A stretch of DNA of 64,000 bases, taken from the NCBI GenBank assembly GCA_016930415.1, contig JAFGGS010000016.1, positions 70,817 through 134,816 on the forward strand, given 5' to 3'. The position numbers and the translations under genes were made by a program. Source of the stretch: Candidatus Woesearchaeota archaeon. Its GTDB lineage: Archaea; Nanobdellota; Nanobdellia; Woesearchaeales; SM23-78. The notes under the pieces are model-generated. The model ran no database searches, had not been told where the DNA came from, and worked only from the letters and a program-made list of their open reading frames with translations. Of the stretch, positions 1 to 9,160 are shown piece after piece. Positions within the stretch are counted from its first letter, which is position 1. Each line of letters opens with the position of its first letter.

Positions 1-289
1 AGACCAGCTCTTGATAAGCCCTAAGACCTCAGGGATGTCTTCGGTGAACTTGCAGATCACCCTCATCCCTGCAAGGTCGCTTAGCTGCTTCAAACTCTTC
101 TCATCAAAACCCAAGCCCTTCTTGGAGAGTTTGCGCCTAGCAGACTCTTCAGACTTAATCCTGTGCTTGATAGTCTCTATGGGAGCGTAGCCGATCTGGC
201 GCAAGAAGATAGAGTTAGCCTTCTCAAAGCGGCTCCTGACATCCAGCAAGAGCTCCTCATAAGGCTTTACGTGATGGTTCCAGATAAGC
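1..289 (-). CDS. RelA/SpoT-domain (small alarmone synthetase-like) nucleotidyltransferase, N-terminal part; the gene continues past the window start
   Basis: The minus-strand translation from the ATG at 289 is MLIWNHHVKPYEELLLDVRSRFEKANSIFLRQIGYAPIETIKHRIKSEESARRKLSKKGLGFDEKSLKQLSDLAGMRVICKFTEDIPEV. It matches the RelA_SpoT synthetase core (GRVK..S..EKARRK ... DIAGLRIMCQFVDDI pattern). It is absent from the ORF track because it runs off the window edge. Confidence 0.5.
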
Positions 290-352
290 ATACGAATAGC
301 ACCAGACTTGGATGGAAGAGGAGGGTCTTTAATAATTTACGATTTTTCCCAG

Positions 353-556
353 TCACTTCTTCCTGAACAAGTCGCACCAAGGCACAATCGCAAACACCAA
401 TGCGATGACGAGGTACCAATACCAGTCCAAAGACAAGATGGGAGACCAGAGCTTCGCGATCATCAAGGCAAAAGCAGCCGAGCTAAGCTTCACCAAGCTG
501 ACGTCGTACCAGTGCATCTTCTTCATCTTCTTCTCAACCCAACTAAACAAACCCAC
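353..556 (-). CDS. small hydrophobic membrane protein (hypothetical)
   Basis: 67-aa ORF with two predicted TM helices directly upstream of the SAS-like gene on the same strand. No homology recognised. Confidence 0.3.
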   Translation of the reverse strand: MGLFSWVEKKMKKMHWYDVSLVKLSSAAFALMIAKLWSPILSLDWYWYLVIALVFAIVPWCDLFRKK

Positions 557-660
557 GTCGAACCACCTCCAAACTATGACCTAACCCTGGCGGGATGAGT
601 ATTTAATACTTGCGCAAGAGCTAGATGACATAAATGAATCGCCCTAAGAAAGAAGGAATA

Positions 661-699
661 CAATCCGACCGGCGAACAGAAATCCTTGCTTGATCTCTG
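661..699 (-). repeat. hairpin CAGAGATC-AAGCAAG-GATTTCTG plus weak copy of tRNA-Glu 3' end, downstream of tRNA-Glu
   Basis: Minus-strand reading. Third occurrence of the CAGARATC..GATTTCTG motif. Confidence 0.3.
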
Positions 700-728
700 A
701 ACCCGTCGCTGTGTTTGCTCACGCGTAA

Positions 729-832
729 CGCCCCGACTGGGATTTGAACCCAGGTCTTCGCCTTTCTTCAGCCGGTCGTTTCCAACCGGATACGAGAGGG
801 CGAAATGATTGGCCGGTCTACACTATCGGGGC
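729..832 (-). tRNA. tRNA-Glu(CUC), probable anticodon-loop intron
   Basis: Minus strand reads GCCCCGA..UAGUGUAGACCGGCCAAUCAU (Glu-type D arm)..UCGCC CUCUCG[~28-nt intron with hairpin CCGGUUGGAAACGACCGG]A GGCGA..GACCUGGGUUCAAAUCCCAGUCGGGGCG. The acceptor and T arm are perfect. Confidence 0.6.
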
Positions 833-850
833 TTAAAAGTGAAAAACAAG

Positions 851-1009
851 TGAGCCCAAGGGGACTTTCATAGCCGAACGCTTATGCACTTTGCTGAGCG
901 TGACCAGCTGATTTGAACCCCTGACCACTCGATTTCTGTCATGCAGGAGGAAGGTACTCCTCTTGCCTTGTTAAGAGTCGAGTGCTCTACCGAACTGAGC
1001 TATGGGCCC
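851..1009 (-). tRNA. tRNA-Lys(CUU) with two introns (anticodon loop 37/38, and T-loop/T-stem junction)
   Basis: 5' half GGGCCCAUAGCUCAGUUCGGUAGAGCACUCGACUCUUA + ~38-nt intron + AUCGAG UGGUC AGGGGUUCAAAU(C) + ~47-nt intron + CCCCU UGGGCUC A. The acceptor (including G2.U71) and T stems only close if both inserts are removed. It lies 18 nt upstream of tRNA-Glu on the same strand. Confidence 0.55.
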
Positions 1010-1040
1010 ATCTTGTTCTTCACCTCGATGATTTGGGTTT

Positions 1041-1050
1041 TATTTAAATA
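1041..1050 (-). promoter_or_regulatory. palindromic TATA-like box (TATTTAAATA) about 35 nt upstream of the tRNA-Lys/Glu transcription unit
   Basis: AT-rich palindrome at the expected distance from the tRNA 5' end. It sits in a divergent intergenic region shared with the zinc-ribbon gene at 1140. Confidence 0.3.
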
Positions 1051-1139
1051 TGTTTCTAAAATTTCCGTATAAAAATACCTTCGCAAAGTATATAAACTTA
1101 GGACTGCATAATTCGGCCTTAAAAAGGTGATCAGACAAA

Positions 1140-1532
1140 TTGATGGCAGTCAGAGTAAAGTGCAAGAAGTGCAACAGGGAGGCTAAGAGTGACGAGTTCT
1201 TCCTTGATCCAGTGTATAAGATGATGGTCTGTCCGCAGTGCGTCAAAGACAGGAAGATGCAGGAGATCAATGCAAAGAAAGAGAAGCAGAAGGCTGAAGC
1301 AGAGATCGCGGCTGAGAAGGTAAAGAAGGACCTGCCTCCAGGATGGGATTCTGATGATGTGGAGATCGAGAGGAGATACTCAGACAAGCTCAAGAATTCT
1401 GCTGGCATGGAGCGGATCGATGATGACAGGATCAAGTATACTTGTTCTAAGTGCAAGTATAAATTCACTTATTTCACCACTCAGGGGCGGCCCGGCAGGT
1501 GCCCTTACTGCGCCACACCGGCGAAGGTATAA
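1140..1532 (+). CDS. zinc-ribbon protein (two CxxC pairs flanking a Lys/Glu-rich helical linker), hypothetical
   Basis: Cys pairs at the N and C termini (CKKC..CPQC ; CSKC..CPYC), with a K/E-rich coiled segment between them. Confidence 0.5.
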   Translation: MMAVRVKCKKCNREAKSDEFFLDPVYKMMVCPQCVKDRKMQEINAKKEKQKAEAEIAAEKVKKDLPPGWDSDDVEIERRYSDKLKNSAGMERIDDDRIKYTCSKCKYKFTYFTTQGRPGRCPYCATPAKV

Positions 1533-1616
1533 AGAGATGTCTTATTCCCTCCTCGGAACAGATATCTTTAAAAAGAAGGAGCTCCTTTGGATGGCTTGTT
1601 AAGAGGAGTTGGGATT

Positions 1617-2390
1617 ATGAGCTTATACATTCACCAGTTGAAGGACCTCACCCCCAAGTCAGCTGACATAGAGAGCGTGTTCATAATCAGGGATCTTAAG
1701 AAGAAGACCCCTTTGCCTTTGGATTCTGACGGCGTGTATGATTACTTCTCGCTTTTCTTCATATCTGAGAGCGAGAAGGAGAAGATGGAAGAAGCCCTTG
1801 CCTTGATCGAGCCGACGATAGAGGCTATCAAGAAGATCGCGAGCCTGAAGGATCCTGATTTCGAGCCGATAAACCTCAGGAGGGTTGTCGAGATGCTCTC
1901 TGACGTCCCAGCTCCTTTGACTATCAACTTGTCTTATGCCAAGAGCATCTCTGACTGGCAAGAGGAGTTCTCCAGGCAATTCGCCCCTATGCTAAACAAG
2001 GTTCCTGCTTTGAGGTCGCAGCAGGAGCGGGTCTCGATGAACGACTGGCTCAACTCAATATTCCTAAAGCTTCTCCGGAAGGATACCATGGCGTTCCACT
2101 ACCTTGACGTCGTGAACGAGGCTCAGCTCAATAGGATGACTGACCTATATGAAAGCATGCAGAACGGCTTCATCTTCAAAGTATCACTTGAAGAGGAGCT
2201 AAAGAAACATGACTTCGAGACTCGCAAGAGGAGGATCTCTGACGAGAAGCTCAGGCTCTATGAGGAGATCAAGGCCAAGGTGATGGAGATCAAGGCTGGC
2301 GTCGATGCCTCTTACGAGCTTAATGTTCGCATGATGAACTGGGCCTTGATAGTCTATTCTTACATCAAGATGATGACTTCTAATAAGTAG
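1617..2390 (+). CDS. hypothetical protein
   Basis: Long ORF. The track start at 1587 is TTG, and the first in-frame ATG at 1617 is preceded by GGAG. No motif recognised. Confidence 0.45.
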   Translation: MSLYIHQLKDLTPKSADIESVFIIRDLKKKTPLPLDSDGVYDYFSLFFISESEKEKMEEALALIEPTIEAIKKIASLKDPDFEPINLRRVVEMLSDVPAPLTINLSYAKSISDWQEEFSRQFAPMLNKVPALRSQQERVSMNDWLNSIFLKLLRKDTMAFHYLDVVNEAQLNRMTDLYESMQNGFIFKVSLEEELKKHDFETRKRRISDEKLRLYEEIKAKVMEIKAGVDASYELNVRMMNWALIVYSYIKMMTSNK

Positions 2391-2417
2391 CTCGGACCTT
2401 TGCATCCTTGTTTTTGA

Positions 2418-2975
2418 CTATGCTCTTCCAAAAGAGAAGCTCCAGCGCCCGCTGCTTGAGTTGTAGTTTCCACCAATCCCGAACTTGTAGCCATTAACAT
2501 TGACCGTGGCACTTGCATCATGCTGGTCATTCCTGTTCCTGAAACCAAAGCTCTCTAATAGGCTTCCGGGCGTGGTTGAGAATACAGAAACCCTCATGTG
2601 CCTCTTCCCCCACGAATTGTCAAAGTAGCTAGTTTTCACGTCTGCATTTCCAAGAGCGCCTTCGAGCGTGACTCCGGATGCCTGTCTCTTAGCGTCATAA
2701 ACGCTGGCAGTCTTCAACTTGCCGTCGTAGAGCGTTTTTACATCAATCTTGGCTCTGTTCGCAGTCTTGATGTCGCAGCCTACTGCGTTATATGCATCGT
2801 TGACTCTTGCCGAGAGCCCGCTTCTTGTGCCTGAGACGTAAGCGCTTGGCGCCTGTCTCTGATGGTTGTTTGGTGGTGACACGTAGTTCCTGACCAGGCC
2901 GAATGCTGCTAGGCCTACGAACGCTGCTGTTGCTATGAACCTGCCGATTCTCTTGTTCTTCTTGAAGCTTATCAT
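2418..2975 (-). CDS. secreted/exported hypothetical protein (N-terminal signal peptide, Ser/Gly/Asn-rich)
   Basis: The N-terminal KKNKRIGRF is followed by a hydrophobic stretch, and the mature part is polar. Confidence 0.45.
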   Translation of the reverse strand: MISFKKNKRIGRFIATAAFVGLAAFGLVRNYVSPPNNHQRQAPSAYVSGTRSGLSARVNDAYNAVGCDIKTANRAKIDVKTLYDGKLKTASVYDAKRQASGVTLEGALGNADVKTSYFDNSWGKRHMRVSVFSTTPGSLLESFGFRNRNDQHDASATVNVNGYKFGIGGNYNSSSGRWSFSFGRA

Positions 2976-3042
2976 GTCTAAAGTGAATGATATAACCAGT
3001 TAATATAACCAACTAGAATAATTCCGGAAGCCCTCCGGTAGT

Positions 3043-4059
3043 TTACTCATGTTTCACAACATTTCTTGGCTTTTGACAGGAGAAACCGATGATATTATCA
3101 ATTGTGGTCTCGAGAATCCTCTCAAGAGCCTCCTGGCTGTAAAACGCAATGTGAGGAGTGAAGACGACATTATCCATCTGTAAGATGGCCTTATCCTTCA
3201 AGATGCGCTCATAAGCCCCGCAGACGCCTGACTTGTGAAGAATCTCCTTCTCCTCCTTGATAAGCTCCTCGCCCTCGATGACATCAAGGCCAGCGCCTGC
3301 AAGCATCCCCTTCTCAAGAGCCTCAAGAAGCGCATCAGTCTCAACAACAGCCCCCCTTGAGGTGTTGATAAGCAAGCTTCCCTTCCTGAACAAGCGAGTA
3401 TTCTTCTTATTGATCAGGTGATGCGTGTGCTTGTTATAAGGCACATGAAGAGTCACGATGTCAGAACCAGCCAAGACTTCTTCTAAAGAGGCATATTTGA
3501 AACCCAAGACCTCAGACATGAACGTGTCGTGATTCATATCAAATGCAAGGACATTCATCCCAAAACCCTTAGCGACCCTGATAACATGAAGCCCGATCTT
3601 GCCTGCTCCGACAACACCAAGAGTCCTCCCCTTCAGGTCAAAACCTTTCAAGCCTTCTATGGAATAATCATTCTTAAGAGTCCTCATGTAAGACTTGTGG
3701 ATATTCCTTGAAAGCGAGAGGATGAGCGCGAAAGTATGCTCAGCAACAGTGTTCTCGCCATAAAAAGGCACGTTACACACGCAAACACCTCTTTTCTCGC
3801 ACGCCCCCAAGTCAAGATGGTCAAACCCAGTAGACCTCGTCGTGATCATCTTGACCTTCGGGAGCAGGTCAAGCACTGGCTTTGTGATCTTAGAATAGAT
3901 GAAGACAGAGATTGCATCGCACTTCCTTGCTTTGGATGCGTTCTCAAGCGATAAAGGCTCCTTGAAGCACTTCACAGAGTGGCCTCTTAGCCTGTTCTTC
4001 AATATCGGCTCTTCCCAGCCTGATATCTCAAAAAAAGCAATCCTCAAAAGACAACTCAC
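3043..4059 (-). CDS. D-isomer-specific 2-hydroxyacid dehydrogenase (glycerate/phosphoglycerate dehydrogenase family)
   Basis: NAD-binding GVVGAGKIGLHVIRVAKGFGMNVLAFD (GxGxxG...D), the catalytic R/E/H region and overall length. Confidence 0.7.
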   Translation of the reverse strand: MSCLLRIAFFEISGWEEPILKNRLRGHSVKCFKEPLSLENASKARKCDAISVFIYSKITKPVLDLLPKVKMITTRSTGFDHLDLGACEKRGVCVCNVPFYGENTVAEHTFALILSLSRNIHKSYMRTLKNDYSIEGLKGFDLKGRTLGVVGAGKIGLHVIRVAKGFGMNVLAFDMNHDTFMSEVLGFKYASLEEVLAGSDIVTLHVPYNKHTHHLINKKNTRLFRKGSLLINTSRGAVVETDALLEALEKGMLAGAGLDVIEGEELIKEEKEILHKSGVCGAYERILKDKAILQMDNVVFTPHIAFYSQEALERILETTIDNIIGFSCQKPRNVVKHE

Positions 4060-4214
4060 CTCTGGTATGGATTCACTTCTCGGATTGGTGGTTTATATAA
4101 GTAGCGGTTTCAGGAAAGAAACCGTTGAGATTGCTTGACGTCCTGCTTCATTGGCCAGGTTACGCCAATGATACACCAAAAAATATTTATTGAATCAAGC
4201 ACAGGCCAGTATGA

Positions 4215-4925
4215 ATGAAGATACTGATTGGGTGCCCAACACATAAGATCTACAAGCCATTACTGGCTGAATACTTGGATTGCGCTAAGAAACTGGAGCG
4301 TCCTGGCTTTGAAATAGACGTGGTCTTGGTCGATAACAGCGAAGACGACGAGTACCTAGAGACCATAAAGGCATCGGGAATAACTGCCCTCAAAGGCCCT
4401 TGGAGCGAGAGCGCAAAGGAGAGGATAGTCCTCTCAAGAGAGATGCTAAGGCAAAGATGCCTGGACGCAGGGTATGACTACTTCTTCTCGCTGGAACAAG
4501 ACGTGATGGTGAAGCCAGACACCTTGAAGAGGCTGCTTGGCCACGATATGCCTATCGTGAGCGCCTACTATGGGGACAACACGCCCTTGGTCGTCAAGGA
4601 CAGCCAGACAGGAAAGACAAGACAAGTAATATTGAATATACCTTTGATCTACTTGCAGACAAGGCCAGGCTACATAAAGAGGGCAAACGCTCACGAAGTA
4701 CTGCATAAAGGCCTGATTGAGATCGGCGCTGCCGGGATTGGCTGCATGCTCATAAGGAGAGATGTCCTTGAGAAAGTGCCATTCCGACTGAATCCCGGCA
4801 AGGGATTCGACGATGTATTGTTCTGCAAGGAAGCCAAGGCGGCAGGGTACAAGATCTGCGTCGACAGCGACGTCATCCTGGAGCACAGGCACAGGGACTG
4901 GAAGGAGATGGGCATAAAAAGATAA
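4215..4925 (+). CDS. glycosyltransferase (GT-A fold, family 2-like)
   Basis: VVLVDNSEDD motif (DxD-type) near the N terminus and about 236 aa. Weak. Confidence 0.5.
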   Translation: MKILIGCPTHKIYKPLLAEYLDCAKKLERPGFEIDVVLVDNSEDDEYLETIKASGITALKGPWSESAKERIVLSREMLRQRCLDAGYDYFFSLEQDVMVKPDTLKRLLGHDMPIVSAYYGDNTPLVVKDSQTGKTRQVILNIPLIYLQTRPGYIKRANAHEVLHKGLIEIGAAGIGCMLIRRDVLEKVPFRLNPGKGFDDVLFCKEAKAAGYKICVDSDVILEHRHRDWKEMGIKR

Positions 4926-4946
4926 CTTCTTTTTGGAAGCTTACTC

Positions 4947-5384
4947 TCAGGAACGATTTAGAAGCGCTTTAGTCAGCCGGTCAAATAGTCCGGGATCGCC
5001 ATAAGAGCCTATGAAAGACTCCTCTGAATGCGCGCCCTCAAAGCGCATACGCATCCTTTCATCCTGCGAGAACGCTCCCCTCTCGATGGCGTACGCGAGC
5101 CAAGCTGATGAGTCAGCTCTCTTAGCATCAAAACATGCAAGGCCGTCCTCTCCGACAACTCTTGCGATGTCATACGCTCTGCGGGCGCTGCTGAAGATAG
5201 CAGTTGTTATCGCATGGTTTATCATTATCAGGTCTATATATCTCTTGTCAAGAAGCCACTTGACTGCATCACCTCTCCTCTTGACGTAATCCATAATAGT
5301 ACTTTCATCGACCTCGCTCATCTCCCTCAGAACAGAATCCTTTAGGTCTTCTATAATATCATCCAGGCCAACTGCTGGTTCCAT
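4947..5384 (-). CDS. hypothetical protein
   Basis: 145-aa ORF with reasonable codon usage, convergent with the GT gene. The overlapping plus-strand ORF 5011..5289 was rejected. Confidence 0.4.
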   Translation of the reverse strand: MEPAVGLDDIIEDLKDSVLREMSEVDESTIMDYVKRRGDAVKWLLDKRYIDLIMINHAITTAIFSSARRAYDIARVVGEDGLACFDAKRADSSAWLAYAIERGAFSQDERMRMRFEGAHSEESFIGSYGDPGLFDRLTKALLNRS

Positions 5385-5458
5385 GAAGATAGGAGCGGAT
5401 CATCACGTATAAATTTCTTTCGGAACATATGCTTGATCAGACCTGAAGCTCAGGAGAC

Positions 5459-6274
5459 CTATACTCTCTTCGAGAAGTGATAGTTGGAGTCATCAATCCG
5501 CCTGATCCTGAAGCCTTGAGAAGACATCAATTCAAGGCTCTTCTTCTTGGTCCTCGCAGTCGGCTGGATCTCGCACACGACGTCCAAGCTTTTGTTACGT
5601 GAGAGGACCTTGCAGATCTGCTCTAGTATACAATGCTCGCGACCCTCAACATCAATCTTTATCAGGCAGATGCGTGACTGGTTGATGCCATTCTTCCTTA
5701 TGAGAGTCTTCAAAGATAGCGAGTCGACAGCCACAGATCCGGAAGGATTGCCTGATGATATTCTCGAGACTGCACCGTCAACGATGAACCTTATCTTACA
5801 ATCATCGGCAGATAGGGCTGCCTTTATAGGGGTTATCTGCTTCCCGAACGAGTTTAACCCGATGTTGCGCTTAAGCAGTCTGAAAGACAATGGATTAGGC
5901 TCGATAGCATAGACCTTGTTGCTCCTCGACTGCCTCGCCACCTCTAAGCTGTGCCTGCCTACGAACGCGCCGATATCCAGGAACACGCCTCGTTTCATTC
6001 GCATGTATCTTCGCAAGACAAGCTCGGTGAGGGGGTTGATGCAGTAGAGCTGGTCAGAAACCCATCTTCCTTTGGAGACCTGGTACTTTACCTCTGTAAT
6101 GGTCTCTGCAAGGAGAGAATCCTTCCCCTCCCTAACCTTCATGGTGCCAAACAGCCTGTAATATATGTATCTCCAGAATATCCTGTTAGATAACGCCAGT
6201 TCAAGCTTCCTGATCATTCCTTTCAACCAAGTCATGTTATGCAACCTTGATAAAAACGCTACGGCCCGCAACAA
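5459..6274 (-). CDS. FkbM-family SAM-dependent methyltransferase
   Basis: FLDIGAFVGRHSLE (LDIGAxxG) and KIDVEGRE motifs. Confidence 0.55.
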   Translation of the reverse strand: MLRAVAFLSRLHNMTWLKGMIRKLELALSNRIFWRYIYYRLFGTMKVREGKDSLLAETITEVKYQVSKGRWVSDQLYCINPLTELVLRRYMRMKRGVFLDIGAFVGRHSLEVARQSRSNKVYAIEPNPLSFRLLKRNIGLNSFGKQITPIKAALSADDCKIRFIVDGAVSRISSGNPSGSVAVDSLSLKTLIRKNGINQSRICLIKIDVEGREHCILEQICKVLSRNKSLDVVCEIQPTARTKKKSLELMSSQGFRIRRIDDSNYHFSKRV

Positions 6275-6324
6275 AGACGCTTCGCGTTTTTGAGCAGGCC
6301 TTTAGGCGTCTCGTCAATACTAGA

Positions 6325-6422
6325 CGCCACGGCCCAGATTTGAACTGGGGATTCCTGACGGAACAAGCTCTCAAGAGAGATGTTTTCCAGGCTTGCGCAA
6401 TACCGAGCTATGCGACCGTGGC
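6325..6422 (-). tRNA. tRNA-Ser(GGA), class II (long variable arm), about 15-nt anticodon-loop intron
   Basis: GCCACGG U C GCA..UGC (3-bp D stem) G CAAGC CUGGAA[intron CAUCUCUCUUGAG]A GCUUG UUCCGUCAGGAAUC (variable arm) CCCAG UUCAAAU CUGGG CCGUGGC G. Confidence 0.55.
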
Positions 6423-6553
6423 ACTTGGTTTTGGTGTATTTCCAACGAAATCCGCTTAGTTTATAAAAATTGCTGAAAATGCAACACCAAACATAGTAAC
6501 TACTATATAGTAACGAAATATTTATAAAGGGAGCGGTTTTCTGACTCCGAAAG

Positions 6554-7231
6554 ATGGTGTACGATATAAGAGTCGAAAGGACCCTGCAACAGATCCTAAG
6601 AGAAGACACAAGAAACCTCTTGCTATGCCTCTCAGAGCACAACCCTCAATGGACAGAACCAGACAGGGAGACAGCACGCCACTTCGGCATAGACTTCTTG
6701 AACTACGAAGCGACAGACCCAATAGAAATAAACAGCGCCGACTGCAAAGACCCTTCGGAGAAGGCGGACCTAGTCGCAAAGCTAAGAAATCCACAGACCG
6801 CGAGAGTCATGCTAGCACAAAAAGCCAAAGCAATACGCTGCGACTTCGCAGGAGGCATAAGAGACATAACCGAGGATGGACAGCGCACAGGAATAATTGG
6901 GTACGGGATAAAGCTGAGAGGATTTGATGAACTGCTGAAAAGCTACTTCTCATCAGAGCCACCCAAAGAGGAAGACCTGGAAAGATTCGACTTCATGGCG
7001 ATATCGGAAGATAGCAGTTCCGGAGCCGAAGATGCCCTGAGAAAACTACTTAGAAACGCATATAACAATGGCTGCAACGACGTAGTAGTCCAAGCATGCA
7101 CCAGGCGATTTGATCCAGTCCTGCAAAAGACCACCCATTGCTACGCCGGATTCGGCAGAAGGCCAATAACAAGGCCCCAAGCCAATGCAGAGAACGGCCC
7201 GACAGCAGAAGAGCTCTACAGGATCCTCTAA
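6554..7231 (+). CDS. hypothetical protein
   Basis: 225-aa ORF starting at an ATG. No recognised motif. Confidence 0.4.
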   Translation: MVYDIRVERTLQQILREDTRNLLLCLSEHNPQWTEPDRETARHFGIDFLNYEATDPIEINSADCKDPSEKADLVAKLRNPQTARVMLAQKAKAIRCDFAGGIRDITEDGQRTGIIGYGIKLRGFDELLKSYFSSEPPKEEDLERFDFMAISEDSSSGAEDALRKLLRNAYNNGCNDVVVQACTRRFDPVLQKTTHCYAGFGRRPITRPQANAENGPTAEELYRIL

Positions 7232-7295
7232 TCAGGCAACCGCCCTCAGTTCCCACAGTTAACTATTTAAACCATCAGCCGCTAGTTTTCTCTTA

Positions 7296-8342
7296 ATGAA
7301 CATAGCCAAGGCCTATGACAAGCTGCTAGGCAGATATCAAGACGCGTATCAAGAGACGGAGTACCAGTACTTCCTGGACCAGCTTATGACCAAGGTCAAG
7401 AAAGGCAAGATACTAGATCTCGGATGCGGCAACGGCGAGCCAGCGTCAAAGTACCTTGAGATCAGGGGGTACGACGTCGTAGGAGTCGACTTCTCAAAGA
7501 AGAGCATAGCAGAAGCCCACAAGAACGTGCCTGGCGCAATGTTCCTCCTGGAAGACATGAGAGACCTGGAACTAGAGCCCGAGAGCTACGACGGGATATG
7601 CGCCTTGTTCTCGCTAAGCCATCTGAAGAAGAAAGACATAGAGAAGATGACCAAGAAGATCCATGAAGCCTTAAAGGACGACGGCGCAATGCTCCTGGCA
7701 GTGACTGAGGGAGACTATGATGGCAAGAAGAAGCTCCTGGGGGAAGAAATCTACCTGAAAGAATTCTCGGAAGACGAGCTGAGGATACTGCTTCACGAGT
7801 TCGACATAACACTCTTTGAAAAGAGAGAGTTCAAGCCTGAAGAAGGAGAGCCAGAGACCCAGATATTCATGATAGCGGCCAAGAACAAGCCAGCAGTTCA
7901 GACCGAAGACCCCTTTGCAGCCATGCTAAGGCAGCACCGCAGGAACAAACAAGAGGAGAAAGGGACAGCTGAACCTGCAACAGACGACTTCGAAAACGTG
8001 CTAGACAAGGTTATAGACTCCCAGGAAACCAAGTTCAGCACCGCGTTCACCGCGCTCGACGACGAGAAACCAAAGGACCAGGAGAAGGAAGGAGACCTCT
8101 TATTCGAAGTGCCAAAAGACCTGGCTCCAACGAGGAGCAGGGCTCCTGGAACCGGCTTCAAGGACCTGCTAGACGAGCTGCTCGCTGCAGAAGACGAGAG
8201 GGGAACAGACGAAGATAAAGAAGAGGAGAGAGATGACGAGGACCACCCGTTGAACAAGGTCTTGTCTGAGGAGGACGATGACAAAGACAAGAAGAAGGGC
8301 AAGGACTCAAAGAAGAACGGCATATTCAGGATAAGATTCTAG
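7296..8342 (+). CDS. class I SAM-dependent methyltransferase with long acidic/lysine-rich low-complexity C-terminal tail
   Basis: ILDLGCGNGEPAS (motif I). The C-terminal ~130 aa are D/E/K-rich. Confidence 0.6.
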   Translation: MNIAKAYDKLLGRYQDAYQETEYQYFLDQLMTKVKKGKILDLGCGNGEPASKYLEIRGYDVVGVDFSKKSIAEAHKNVPGAMFLLEDMRDLELEPESYDGICALFSLSHLKKKDIEKMTKKIHEALKDDGAMLLAVTEGDYDGKKKLLGEEIYLKEFSEDELRILLHEFDITLFEKREFKPEEGEPETQIFMIAAKNKPAVQTEDPFAAMLRQHRRNKQEEKGTAEPATDDFENVLDKVIDSQETKFSTAFTALDDEKPKDQEKEGDLLFEVPKDLAPTRSRAPGTGFKDLLDELLAAEDERGTDEDKEEERDDEDHPLNKVLSEEDDDKDKKKGKDSKKNGIFRIRF

Positions 8343-8469
8343 AGATCAACCAAGACCGCCACATATTCACTTGGCTTTCCTGTAGAAGCAGAATATGTTA
8401 ACCAGCCTCTTTCTAGGAGGAGCGCCTTCATCGCTCGCGAACCTGACATCCTCCACAGTGTAGAACGAA

Positions 8470-8661
8470 CTAGGATTTATCTTCTTCACAATCTAGATTA
8501 CCGTGCCCACATCCTCTCTCTTCACGACGCAGAAGATTATCTTTACACTTGTAACCTTTAGAGATGAATATGACCCCAATAGTCCCAAGACTGACGTCGA
8601 CTATCCTGACCAAGAAGATGATGAGCGGCAAGAACCAGACTGTGCTTATGAGATCAATCAT
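8470..8661 (-). CDS. small membrane protein (hypothetical)
   Basis: 63 aa with one TM segment. It lies downstream of the S10 gene on the same strand. Confidence 0.25.
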   Translation of the reverse strand: MIDLISTVWFLPLIIFLVRIVDVSLGTIGVIFISKGYKCKDNLLRREERGCGHGNLDCEEDKS

Positions 8662-8746
8662 GGACTCGCTAACAGGGATTTGAGCTTAAAAAAATATCTA
8701 ACTCAAGAGAAGAACTGATAAGCCGTAAAGAACAAAAGAAAAGGCC

Positions 8747-9058
8747 TTACACATCGATCATTTCGATCTCGATGTTCAAGTCCTCAGGGATAGGGACCCT
8801 CATGACGAGCCTTAAGGCCCTCTCATCAAGGCCTAGGTCGATGAGCCTCTTGTGGATTCTCATCTCATAATGGTCCCAGGTAGCGGTTCCGTTCCCGCAA
8901 GGACTCTTCCTTGTCGTGAACTTAAGCTTCTTGGTAGGCAGAGGTATAGGCCCTCTCATTACGACACCAGTCTTGTCAGCAATGCCCTTGATGTAATCGC
9001 AGGTCTGGTTGACCTTGTCGATGTTCGTGCTCGTTATCTTTATCCTTGCCTTCTGCAT
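8747..9058 (-). CDS. rps10: 30S ribosomal protein S10 (uS10)
   Basis: Sequence fits uS10. It directly follows tuf, as in the archaeal tuf-rps10 arrangement. Confidence 0.9.
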   Translation of the reverse strand: MQKARIKITSTNIDKVNQTCDYIKGIADKTGVVMRGPIPLPTKKLKFTTRKSPCGNGTATWDHYEMRIHKRLIDLGLDERALRLVMRVPIPEDLNIEIEMIDV

Positions 9059-9160
9059 GTTAACCTACCTTTTGACAACCGCTTGCTCCATGATAAAGCT
9101 TGGGTTCACCATGAAAAAATATGAAGGAAAAAATTTGAAATGAATGTTATGAAGCGCATC

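Noticed and set aside
851-940. apparent mismatch between the 5' and 3' halves of tRNA-Lys, suggesting a split/trans-spliced tRNA or a pseudogene
   Set aside because: It is resolved by a second intron. The proper T-stem (CCCCU) and acceptor strand (UGGGCUC) are found ~47 nt further on, so a cis-encoded two-intron tRNA is the simpler explanation.
7462-8323. two minus-strand ORFs (116 and 141 aa) inside the methyltransferase gene
   Set aside because: They arise from the low-complexity acidic tail of the MTase read in reverse, and are Ser/Leu/Arg-rich.
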